Shown here in pieces: positions 11,067 through 22,007 of a stretch of 64,000 bases of DNA; position 1 is the stretch's first letter; each line of letters opens with the position of its first letter. The DNA lies in the NCBI GenBank assembly GCA_047495785.1, contig JBLDXI010000019.1, positions 2,418,001 to 2,482,000 on the forward strand. The letters are read 5' to 3'. Origin of the DNA: Lepidodermella squamata. Lineage: Eukaryota; Animalia; Gastrotricha. The translations under genes were made by a program, and so were the position numbers. The notes beneath the pieces are model-generated. The model saw only the letters and a program-made list of their open reading frames with translations, searched no databases and was not told where the DNA came from.

Positions 11067-13376
11067 ATGAAATTTCTACTCCTTATCATTGCCATTGTCG
11101 CGTCGGTTGATTCCAGGCGAAAAAACGAGACCCTGTCACTTCTAGCATTCCTTCCTATTACGGGCGATGCTCCTCGAGTTGGAACAGGCTGTAGATATGC
11201 TCAGGACATTCTTCTGAACGAAGTCAATTCTCGATCTGACATTCTGCCCGACTACCACATTGAACCTTTCTACGCCGATGAAGGACCCGTTGCTCATTTT
11301 TGTTCGAGAACAGCCCTGCTTTTCCGACGGAACGATTCAGCCGGCCTTCAATCTCCTATTCTAGTTGGACCGTTCTTCTCAGCCGGTTGTCTGTACGTCG
11401 CCAGGCATGTTCATCAAATCGATATGGTCCAAATCACGATAGGATGCAGTACGCCTCAAGGAACAGCAAATCGAAGGATCTATCCCAACCTGTTCAGAAT
11501 TCGTCTCACTGGTGAACTGGTTGCCTTTCCTCAGCTCCACTTTATCCGCGTGATCGGGGGGTGGAACAGGTTTGGAATCCTATCAAATGCTGGTAATGTT
11601 TTCGACTACACCTTGAGTGCTTACCTGCTGAGAACAGCAGTTCAAGAGGGCTTCGAAGTCGCATTCTACGACATTGTCGCTGATGTTACTGATAACACAA
11701 TGATCTCTCTAAAGGTCTCAGAGTCTAAGATAATCGTATACGCGGTCGCCACTGCTCCTCTAACGACGAAATTTCTGTGTGAAGCGTATCGGTTTGGCAT
11801 GAAAGGGTCAAGATACATCTTCATTCTCCATACCACGGCTTATTTCGAACCAGATACTTTACCTGAAAACTTGGGTGATGGATGCACTGCGAACATCGTC
11901 ATCGAACAATTGAAAGTTTCTTACTGGATTGGACATGCTAACACGCTGCAGACAGCACCAACTTTGACAACTTCAATCGGGTTGACTTATCAGGAATTTG
12001 AAAGGAGGTACGATGCGTTAACTAAAGGAGTAATTCCAGGGGATTATGAGAAGCGATTCCATTGTCATGACTCTATGCTTCAGGCTATTTTGGCTCTTGA
12101 CGATGCTGATAAGCAACTGAAGAAGGTTAACATGTCCCTCCGCGACTACAAAACCAACCCTACTGAAGTAATGATGGTTGTGAATCGATCAGTTGCAAGA
12201 AGCGATTTCACTGGTTTGAGAATAGGTAAACAAAAATACTCCGAGCGGCTTGAGGTTGACAATGATATTCAGACCATCACCATTTGGACTCGATCGACTA
12301 AACTACAGTTGACGAGCGAGGTGGGAAGAATCTCAGAGGATCTCTCGCTGTACAATTACTCTTCCTATAGAGCTAGGGTGGTAAACAAACCACCATGGCT
12401 GACAGCAGATGGGAAGCCCCCAAGAGACCGTTCACCCGTCATATTCGGCATAAAAGCTCTCCCATCTTCATTTTCTTGGTCTATCGTCGCAATAAGCTCA
12501 GCTCTAAGTTTGAAAGGAATTCTAGTTGGTGTTATGCAGTTTGCTTCCTTTAGACTATCGCATAAAACCGTGTTCGTAATAGTCCCTATTGTTTCCAGTC
12601 TTCTGTTAAACATTGCTGCAAGCTCATTCAGTGCTTCGATAACTGAACCGAGTGTTATTTTTGTTTGCTATTTACAACGAAGTTGCTTGGCCTTGGGAGT
12701 TGCCATTGTTACATCTTTCATTTCTATGACAATCGCCCAGTATTACAAGCAAAACGGCAAGTTTAAAATATCCGCCCTTTTACCAAAGGTTTCGAGCACT
12801 TCACGACCGGCGACCTTGAGCTCAATCTTAACAGCACCAAACCGCAATACATCGGCGTCCACACTCAGGGCCCAGCCAGTGCCCTCTCAAAATAAGATCA
12901 AATTCTTCGGGAAAGCGTTTCTGCTGATCTCACTTTCAATCCTTGCTTACATTGTGACTTGGCTGTTGATTGAAACTCCTCGAATCGTCGCGTTTGACTC
13001 GAAGCCTCATTACGAAGAAGATTCCGATTCGTATATAATTGACCGTGAATTTGATTGCGCCTCAGAGAACGAGGTCGAATGGATCTCTCCCGTTATCGCA
13101 ATAACTTTTCTCGCACTTCTTGTATCCGCCTGGTTTTCTTACAAGTTAAAGATGCGCAATAGGTCGGCGAAAACGGCCACTCCTAGTGAAGTCGAGTTTG
13201 TATCCATGCTGTTAAGCTGTCTTCTTCCTGTGTTAATGGGTGTCATTCTGGTGTTGGTGGTGGTACGCAGTCACACTGGGCAGTTGGCAGCCTTAGCTGT
13301 CGGTTGTCTGCTTACTTCAGGAATCTTAAATGGGTCAGCACTAGCCCTTTTGCGGAAGCAAAAAGCTGAACGTTGA
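11067..13376 (+). CDS. Class C GPCR, GABA-B-like, copy 3, intronless CDS
   Basis: 769-aa ORF with signal peptide MKFLLLIIAIVASVDS, VFT and 7TM colinear with copies 1-2. Confidence 0.9.
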   Translation: MKFLLLIIAIVASVDSRRKNETLSLLAFLPITGDAPRVGTGCRYAQDILLNEVNSRSDILPDYHIEPFYADEGPVAHFCSRTALLFRRNDSAGLQSPILVGPFFSAGCLYVARHVHQIDMVQITIGCSTPQGTANRRIYPNLFRIRLTGELVAFPQLHFIRVIGGWNRFGILSNAGNVFDYTLSAYLLRTAVQEGFEVAFYDIVADVTDNTMISLKVSESKIIVYAVATAPLTTKFLCEAYRFGMKGSRYIFILHTTAYFEPDTLPENLGDGCTANIVIEQLKVSYWIGHANTLQTAPTLTTSIGLTYQEFERRYDALTKGVIPGDYEKRFHCHDSMLQAILALDDADKQLKKVNMSLRDYKTNPTEVMMVVNRSVARSDFTGLRIGKQKYSERLEVDNDIQTITIWTRSTKLQLTSEVGRISEDLSLYNYSSYRARVVNKPPWLTADGKPPRDRSPVIFGIKALPSSFSWSIVAISSALSLKGILVGVMQFASFRLSHKTVFVIVPIVSSLLLNIAASSFSASITEPSVIFVCYLQRSCLALGVAIVTSFISMTIAQYYKQNGKFKISALLPKVSSTSRPATLSSILTAPNRNTSASTLRAQPVPSQNKIKFFGKAFLLISLSILAYIVTWLLIETPRIVAFDSKPHYEEDSDSYIIDREFDCASENEVEWISPVIAITFLALLVSAWFSYKLKMRNRSAKTATPSEVEFVSMLLSCLLPVLMGVILVLVVVRSHTGQLAALAVGCLLTSGILNGSALALLRKQKAER

Positions 13377-13605
13377 CAAAAATATTGATGACAGGATTGA
13401 TAAAGCTAGAACTTGGTGTATCCTTTAGTCTTATCGACCCTATTTCCAGGTATTCAATCGGGTTTGAAAATAAATGTGTCCTTCAACTTTCATCCGATAG
13501 CGAGTGGTCCTATGCAGCTTCATGATATTAAATTTCTTTCTGAACGTAGACGCTACTGTCTATAATATCCGTCTTGCAGCTATGTCTGAGTGTTTCAACA
13601 ACAGC

Positions 13606-13727
13606 CAGAGTAGGAAAAAATTTTAGATGGCACACGGGAAATGTTTAGAAATTTGGGAAATTTTACTTTTCCCCAATCTTTTCCCCAATCCCATTGAGAT
13701 CGAGGGATGGCATTTTTTCCAACCCTA
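13606..13727. mobile_element. 122-bp hAT-type MITE
   Basis: Imperfect TIRs CAGAGTAGGAAAAAA / TTTTTTCCAACCCTA; perfect 8-bp TSD ACAACAGC at 13598-13605 and 13728-13735. Confidence 0.75.
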
Positions 13728-16207
13728 ACAACAGCTACACAAGTTTCAACAAATGAAACGCAATAAATAAGAGGATCTCTTCTCCTCAAGTAAATTTGGG
13801 TGTTCGGAAAAATCTCACTGAGATTTGGGAAATCTGCTAGACGACAGGAAATTTGTTCGGTGTTGTTGTCGATCTGAGAGTGAAATTATAATATTTCCCT
13901 GGAGAATCCGAAGTCGACGAGTGCATATTTCAAATGTAAACATTGACAATATCGGGATTTCGAGCGAGGCGAAAAGATTTATTGCACTTTTGCAAACATT
14001 TCTCCACAATTTGAGCTATTTTCTTGAGAAAATACGCAAAAGAGGGTTTTTTCAGTTTTTATTTTGGTAGTTGTTTGAACAACCAAAACAGCCAGCTGGT
14101 TACGCGACTGCGAAGGATAACGAATTTTAATTACTCTATACTCGGTAGCTAAAGTGAAAGCGTTCTATTCGCGACAGAGCCTGCCCCATTTCTTTCACCT
14201 TTCTTCGGACCTTAGCCTTTAGCTGGTATCGCATTGCCAATTATAGCAATAACCTGAGAAGCAACCCAAACAGTGGGTGTTATAATGTGCATTCATCATC
14301 AGTCATTTGAAAGTAGGAAAGAACACGTCACCGTGCACTCGTAAAGCCTGTTAGCTTTCAGCTTGATGTACATTCAGGTCCATGTCAGGAAACGCTAGTA
14401 AGTTTATGTCACATATGAACGCTTTGTTAAAGGGTTTGTTTATGCGGAAATTGATTCGACTTTGCCTACGCGCTGAGCTGAAACATCTATTAGTCTTCCG
14501 ATCACGATTTTCCCTCATTGAGGACCTATAAGCCATTTCTAGTCTTTGGTTCCAATTTTCAGAACAAAATATGATCGCTTCTATCCTCGCTTTTCTCCTG
14601 TTCTGCGAAAAGAGCTTTACCACGGAAGCAGGTGGACAAGTGAAACCTCAAAAGCTTTCATTACTCACCTTTTTACCAATAACTGGTGACAGTCCTCGAA
14701 ACGGAGATGGCTGCAGAGCAGCGATGAATGTATTGATAAATGAAGTAAACCGCAGGCAAGACATCCTACCGAAATACCATGTTGAGCCGATCTATATAGA
14801 CGAAGGGCCTGGTGCGATGTTCGTTTCCAAAGCGACAGCCCTTTTCCGACGAAACGAGACGATGGTGAAATCTCCCATCATGGTTGGCCCTTTCTTCTCA
14901 GGAGGATGCCTAACTGCTGCTAGACATGCTCATCACATGGATATGGTTCAAATCGCGATTGGCTGCAGTACACCCCAAGCGACTGCAAATCGAAGAATTT
15001 TCCCGAATTTATACAAAATTCGAATAACCGGTGAACTGGTCGCATTTCCTCAGCTGACTTTCATCCGCGAAATCGGGAAATGGAACCGCTTCGGCATTCT
15101 CACTAATGCTGCCAATGTCTTCGATTATTCAGTCAGTGCTATTCTTGCTAAAATCGCATTCAAAGAAGGGTTTGAAGTTTCATTCTTCGACTGTGTCCCG
15201 GATTTCGATGACAGAACCATGATCAGCCTGAAAGAGTCCGAAACTAGGATTGTCGTTGTAAATGTGGCTGGCGGCCCTTTAACAATGCGATTTCTCTGTC
15301 AAAGTTACAAATTCGGTCTTAGGGGTAGCAGGTTTGCCTTCCTACTCCATGCAGCTGGTTACTTCGAACCTTCGGCTTTGCTGAGCACTAGTTACTCTGA
15401 TTGCAATATGCGAATGGTCTTGGAACAGCTCACAATTTCATATTGGATGGGCTGGGCGATGTCCCCAGCTTCAATTACTGCTGGTTCACTAGTTTCTTCT
15501 ATAGGAATGAGTGTTTCCGAATTCGATAAGCGATTCAGCATTGAATCTCGAAACATCATGCCGTCAGATTATGAGAAACGGTATCTTTGCCATGACGCGA
15601 TGTTACAATCGATCTTAGCCCTCAACAAATCAGAAGATGCATTGAATTTTTTGAACATGTCCCTGGCGGACTACGACGAAAGACCTGAGGACATCGCTCG
15701 GGTTGTAAACACTTCCGTCGCGACTTCCGACTACGTCGGTTTTCGCATAGGACGAGTTCGCTATTCATCGAGGCTCGAAATGGATGCTGATATCCAGACA
15801 GCGACTATATGGACAGCAAATAGAGGACTTCAAACCGTTTTAGAAGTTTCGGCTTCAAATCTGAGTGAATTATACAGGTATTCAAATTACAAAATCAATC
15901 TGATAAACAAGCCCCCTTGGATTACTGCGGACGGGAATCCAACTCGAGATAGATCGGATTTCGACGTTGAATATGACTCGGTACCATCATACGTACTCTG
16001 GGCTATTTTGGCAATCTCAGGTCTTTTAACGGTATTGAAATTCGTGATCTTTGCCAAGATCTTGAAAGGTCCAAAATCTCAGCGGATCTTCATTTTTGAA
16101 CTTACGGCGGCGATTCTTATGGGCATATCATCAAGTTCTTTCATTTTCCCTATTGAGATGGCTACCAATGCATCTGTCTGTTATTTCCAGAGGTTCTCTC
16201 TTGCAAT

Positions 16208-17063
16208 CACAGGAAAAAAAAAGGCATGAATTCAGGCTTTTTGCTAACATTAGCGAGCTCACACGCGATCCTTGTAATTCAGGCCCTATGCGTATCCTTT
16301 TTCAGGCTTTTTTTGAAAAGGCATTAACCGCATGAACGTTTTTTACAGGCCCTGAATTCATGGGTTTTTGTTTTATGGATGTGTGAATATTTAAATGAGG
16401 GAAAAAATAGAGAGCAGAAAAATGACGCATTGGCGGGGATTCGAACCCTAGTCTCTAGAGTTACAGGCGAGGATTCTTACCACTTTACTACCAATGCTTA
16501 GATGAAAACTTATGCTCACATCGCCTAATCATCACATTTTTCTGTTGGACTTGTGCTTTTTTTTTAATGAAACATTTTCAGCGCCGAAAAACTGGCATTT
16601 GGGCCGATGCGCCGCAGCTTTTTTAGCACCGAAATGCTCAATTCCAATCTAAACTGTAACTAAGATCCAATCTGGGTTATTTAGGATCACTCGAATTGAA
16701 ATAATTGATATCCTATTGATCATCGTGGAGTGTTTTCTGTTTAATCTAAAGCTAAGATATATTAAACTTGATCAAAATTGGGTGGATACCTCGTCTCGAT
16801 GCTTATTGGAGCCCGAAAAGTTCAGTAACTGAAGAATAAATATCAATGCAGTGTGTTATTTCAATTGAAATATAATGCGCATCGAAAGGCATGAAAATCA
16901 AGCACATGATTTACAAGCTTTCATAAAAAAGCGTGAATTTGGGTCGCAAAAGTCCTTGTATTTCATGCCCCCAAATTGGGGCTCGATTTTTTCCCCCAAA
17001 TTCATGTCGCGTGCTGAGATTCATGCCTTTCAAACCTGAATTCATGCCTTTTTTTTTCCTGTG
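16208..17063. mobile_element. Non-autonomous CACTA/EnSpm (CMC)-type DNA transposon, 856 bp
   Basis: Perfect 29-bp TIR CACAGG(A)9GGCATGAATTCAGG; 2-bp TSD AT; subterminal GGCATGAA/TTCAGGC repeats at both ends; no transposase ORF. Confidence 0.85.
16426..16497 (-). pseudogene. tRNA-Gly(GCC)-derived pseudo-tRNA inside the transposon; anticodon position reads GTA
   Basis: Minus strand GCATTGGTAGTAAAGTGGTAAGAATCCTCGCCTGTAACTCTAGAGACTAGGGTTCGAATCCCCGCCAATGCG followed by TCATTTTT; acceptor stem intact, but D, anticodon and T stems have mismatches. Confidence 0.75.
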
Positions 17064-17907
17064 ATGGGTTTGAGCATGATTTCGAGCCTCGTTGTTGCTA
17101 GGATCCTATTCTACATAAAATCAAAAGACTCCTTGCCAGCTCACAGTTTAGCCATTGATCGGGTCTTGTTCTCAAAAGACCAGTGTCACGCGATAAATGA
17201 AAAACCGATTCACAGCCCAATGTACGGGGGCTATCATACACCAGCCGGATCTGTTAAAGAGTTCCGCTCAAGGTCCGGAACCATCGTTTCGCGAAAATAT
17301 TTCACTGAAGAGATGAAGCAAACATTCATCCGTGTTCGAGCTTTTTCGATAACAGCTATAAGCTTGGTTTACGTTTTCCTATGGTTGGTTGTTGAAAAGC
17401 CTGGAATTCGCAGAATATCAATAACCCAGAGTCACCTTTACGATGAGCAGTCTGATTCTTACATTACCATTTACTCTCAGGCATGTGGCTCCGAAAATGA
17501 ATTATATTGGGCTAGCCCTCTAATAGCCCTAAATTTTTGCTTACTTGCTACCGCAACTTACGTTGGCTTTCAAATTAGGCATTATCGAACCCAGCTGGCA
17601 CAAGTTCATGCTGAATTCAACGCAACTCGTTTGTCACTCTCTTGCACGTTACCACTTCTAACAGCTTGTGTATTGATCATGCTAGTGTTGAATTCACCCA
17701 TAACTCAAGTCGTAATATTGTCGATACTTTCTCTGCTCGTCTCATTAATTCAAACCGTCGCTGCGTTCCTATCAACAAAAAAACAGGTTTCATAATGACT
17801 AATTTATAGCAAAACTTCCCGACAAAGGAAGATCTTGAAAAATTGATGACAGCAAGTAGCCTTGCATCTTCTGCAATAAATCGAAAGCATTTTTGAAGAC
17901 TCTAAGA

Positions 17908-19814
17908 ATGATCACAAAAAACTGTGCTTTTTGGCTTATTTTAATCGCTAGCCAAGTACCGATTGTTCATAGTGCTGCAGCTGAAGGTACTAGTTCAGCT
18001 TCAACTGACACCGTGAGCAACGCCGAGCTTAACGCGATTTGCGACGATTTAATTGCTGATAAAATAAATGCTAATAATGAGGGAAAGCTGTCGCAACCAG
18101 TCATTCCGGTTGACGTTTACACTCAGGTAATTATCATTAGACGCATTTAAACCAAATTTAAATGTATTCGTAGATGGTCCTGATGTCTCTGAATGACGTT
18201 CGCGATGTTGATGAGGTCATGTCAATAACAGCCCGCATCGATTTCACATGGTAAATAGACCAATTAACCGGTTACACTTTGATAAAATCTGATCAATATA
18301 GGAAAGATGACCGTTTAGCTATCAATGATTCTAGATGTCATGGCGAGAAAGCTCTTCAAGCAACAACGGGGATATGGTTCCCCTCTTTCATTATTCAAAA
18401 CGGGGCCCAGTTAGGAATATCTCAAGAATGCCTTCATTTAACATTTAATATGATTGTTGCAGGAGCGTTCTTTACCCTGACGCCTGGCAAAATGTAAGCT
18501 ATACATTGAAGAAAATTTTAGTTGTAGCTATGCTATACACATTTTTCCAGTTCCCCGTTCTCGTCGATACATATGGAAACGTGCAATGGTAAGTCTAGTT
18601 TTCTAAGCTCGCGAGGAACTGTTGAAGTTTAAATTACGGTTCATCTCAGGCGCGTGGCTTTCAAATTCGACGTCAATTGCGATATGGATTTCATGTTGTT
18701 TCCCTTCGTAAGCGCCTGATACAGCTGAAATACAGCTTTTATAGCATTTGTATCCGCAGGACGTGCAATACTGCCACACTTTGGTTCAAGCCCCTCTTTT
18801 CGACACTGGCGAATTGAACTATATGTTCAAGGATAAACAACGTGGGATCGTTACATTTGACGGAGATGCAGGAAACACTATGTGGTATGGTGAATCATCC
18901 ATCTCAAATATTGGCTTTATCTGAAATTTCCAGGGATGTTACCGGGCAAGCTGTTCGATTTTCGAACACTATACCAGGCGTTCACCTCTGGCTACGATTA
19001 GAAAGTTGGAAACCTACATAGACCAATCCTCAGTTCATTCTCATTTCTTTCAGGAAAGTATATGTACTACATCTGGACTATCATCATTCCTGTAGGTATG
19101 TAAATTTGACGAAATTCTATTCAATCACTTTAACGGGCCATAAACTGTTTCAGTCGCTGTTTTCGCTATGACTGGTAAGTTGCTGAGATAGATGTTCATA
19201 TCAAGACTGCAACTAATATTTTAATTATATTCCAGCCGCAACATTTGTCGTCCCAGCGGAAGGCGAAGAGAAGATGTGCACTGTCATAAACGGCTTGCTT
19301 TCATTCTTTCTTCTGTACGTGATGATGATCGCTGCTCTGCCGGCAACTTCCGACGAAGTCCCTGTTCTTATGTCATTCTTCAACTTTCACATCAGTAACA
19401 TTTCCAACTCATCATTCACCACATTTCTTTTCTCAACTATTTCCAGTGTTCACAACGGCTATGGTAATAATAACGGCTATTATTCTTCGAGTCTTAGAAA
19501 ATGAAATGGAAGAAGAAGAGGCGAATGAAAAACCAGAAGACGAGTTGCTAAGAAAAAGTGCCAAAAAAGCTTGGGATCTGCGTCTCGTTTTGAATCAAAA
19601 GGAGCCTGAGACTGAAAAGAAACCGCCAAAGACAGAGGAGGTGCAAAAGAAAGGGTTCAAAATCACGGCCTCAACATTGAATGAAGCAGCGCTGGTTTTT
19701 TATTTGGTGGCGATCGTCATTACAAGCATCGCTTTTGTGGGGCAGATGGCTCGACTTAGAGCTACGACCCAACCTGAATTTGAGTTCACCCCACTTCAGC
19801 CATACAAGCATTGA
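17908..19814 (+). CDS. Cys-loop (pentameric) ligand-gated ion channel subunit 1, divergent nAChR-like, multi-exon (about 12 exons)
   Basis: Splicing at GT-AG gives a signal peptide, WKDDRL, IWFP, Cys-loop CDMDFMLFPFDVQYC, M1 YYIWTIIIP, M2 EGEEKMCTVINGLLS, LPATSDEVP, M3 and M4. Confidence 0.88.
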
Positions 19815-20045
19815 TGGCTGGAAAATCCTAATTGACACTTAGCGTGAACAGCTTTTTTTGTGTTGAGTTCGGAACTATTCATCGAAAAAAAACATTTCTT
19901 AGCGACAGCTTCGAGAATCGAATAAATACTTAATTAGATCCGCCAAGTAGTTTCATCCATAATTTACAGCATTGGGTTTGAATCGATGAAGGCCTCGCCT
20001 CCTCTATGTTTTGCATTTACTTAGAAGATAATAGTTGAATTGAAG

Positions 20046-21825
20046 ATGAAGCGCATCTCTTTTCTACTCATCCTGACCTTATCTATCGGAGGCATTCGCT
20101 GTGCAGAAGAACCTGGTTCCGGCGCGAGTAACTCGGACGTGAACGCTTTTTGCGACGATCTCATTGCAAATGGAGTGAATGAAGATGCGGACGCCAAATT
20201 TTCCCAACCCTTGATTCCTATCGATATCGACATGAAAGTTCGTATTCGAGCAATCTTGAAGCTAAAAAGATCTATTTGGAAATTTGTTCCAGCTTATTCT
20301 GATTTCAATAAACGAGATCGACGACATGAATGAGGTTATGTCTGTAACGGCGCGTATCGATTTTCGCTGGTAAGCCATGAAATTAATCTCAGAGGTTTTC
20401 TAATGTCGCGAGACTCAATTTCAGGCAAGACCACAGATACGCTGTGAACAACTCACTTTGCCACAAAGAGAAGACAATAATGAGTGCCATGAACATCTGG
20501 TTCCCGCCGTTTGTAATTGAGAACGGAGCAAGGTATCCAAGATAAAATGCGTAATGAAAATACACCTCCTACTCCTCTTTTCATTCAGTTCGATATTGTA
20601 TCCTGACGCTTGGCAAAGCGTAAGTTTCCTCGATATCAGAGATGACTAGTTAAGTTGACTAGTAAATAAAAAAGTTCCCGGCTATGATTCGGTCTGATGG
20701 ATATGTCGACTGGCGGGTGGCTTTCAAGTTCGACCTGGCTTGCGATATGGACTTCTTGTTATTTCCTTTTGTAAGATTCAAACAAGTTTCCGATATTCGC
20801 CTTATTTCGAAAAATTTCGCAGGACACTCAGCATTGTAGCATCGCAATAGCCGCTCCTCTTTTCGACAAGGGAGAGCTCACTTATTCGATCAAAGACACC
20901 AGTCGAGGAGTTGTCTCTTTCGACGGGGATGCAAGCCATCCGATGTGGTAAGTTTTCCCAACAAATTTTCTGGAGAGCTTATTTATGAACCCGTTCTCAC
21001 TCAGGGAAGTCGTCGGCCAAGCGGTGAAGTATTCCGAAGGTATTCCTGGGGTTGAGCTTTGGATCAAAATGAAAAGTAAACCATCCAAAGACGCGAATTC
21101 CTCCTTCAAGTGTCATTTGCATCCTATAGGGAAATACATGTACTACATCTGGACAATCGCCATACCTTTGAGTAAGATGATTCAGTTCCTTCGAAATGAA
21201 TAACACTGAATTTATTTACAGTTTCCGTCATCGTTTTGACCGGTAATTCATTCTAAAGTTTTTTCTACATTTGTCTTTTTCATGTTTCTTCTCAGCTGCG
21301 GCATTCGCTGTTCCTGCTGAAGGGGAGGAGAAGATGAGCACTGTTATCACAGCTCTGGTATCGTTTTTCCTCCTTTATCTTCTATACCTTAACATGCTGC
21401 CAGCAACATCCGATGAAATGCCGCTGTTGCTGCTATTTCTTACCGTCAACATTGGTAACTTGGCTGAAGAATCTAACTCCCTTGTTATTACCTGCTTATT
21501 GTCTATTTCAATCATAGGCCTTTCAACTTTTATGACTGCTATATGCGGGATCGTTGTGAGACTCCTGGAAAACGAACTTGATGAGAAAGAGAAGGAAGAA
21601 GCGGCAGAACGGGACGACCTATTCGGCTCGCCTCAAAACGACGGAAAGGCTAAGAAAAAGTGCCGAATCACAGCTTCTCAACTAAATGAAGGCAGCCTAG
21701 TATTCTACATCGCCGGAGTTTTCATTTGCTGCGTAGCATTTGTCGCCCAAATGGCTCGGTTATATAATTCGGCATTAACGGAATTAAGCTACACCCCGAT
21801 TCAGCGTTACACTCATGGAGAGTAA
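20046..21825 (+). CDS. Cys-loop channel subunit 2, multi-exon
   Basis: Paralog of subunit 1; Cys-loop CDMDFLLFPFDTQHC; M2 EGEEKMSTVITALVS. Confidence 0.88.
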
Positions 21826-22007
21826 ACTCACAATTTTCTCCGTTGAAAGACTGGTCGGAATAATAAAAAACATCTTGACAACCTTTCATTGTTTTCTCTC
21901 ATAAATGGTTAACTATGTAGCTGTTTCCTCCGCTCTAAGATCGATGAAGGCTTCCTTAAAGCAGGCGTCATAAGGGGGGTGATCGATTAATCAAGCCATT
22001 TTGCAAA

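Larger units (their letters stand above)
14571..17795 (+). pseudogene. Class C GPCR copy 4, interrupted in TM3 by a DNA transposon (halves 14571-16207 and 17066-17795)
   Basis: Removing 16208-17063 and one AT copy gives in-frame CYFQRFSLA-M-GLSMISS, matching paralog TM3 (CYLQRSCLALGVAIVTS); no other stops in either half. Confidence 0.88.

Noticed and set aside
13600-14095. 9-bp direct repeat AACAGCCAG as a Mutator TSD
   Set aside because: No TIRs; the first copy is explained by the hAT MITE junction
16426-16497. Functional tRNA-Tyr(GTA) or anticodon-switched tRNA
   Set aside because: The body is Gly-type and the D, anticodon and T stems have mismatches, so it is unlikely to be charged
16208-17063. 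Transib/RAG-like element (CACAG termini) or Introner-type self-removing intron
   Set aside because: The TSD is 2 bp, not 5 bp; on the gene strand the AG is at the left end and the GT at the right, so it cannot be spliced out precisely
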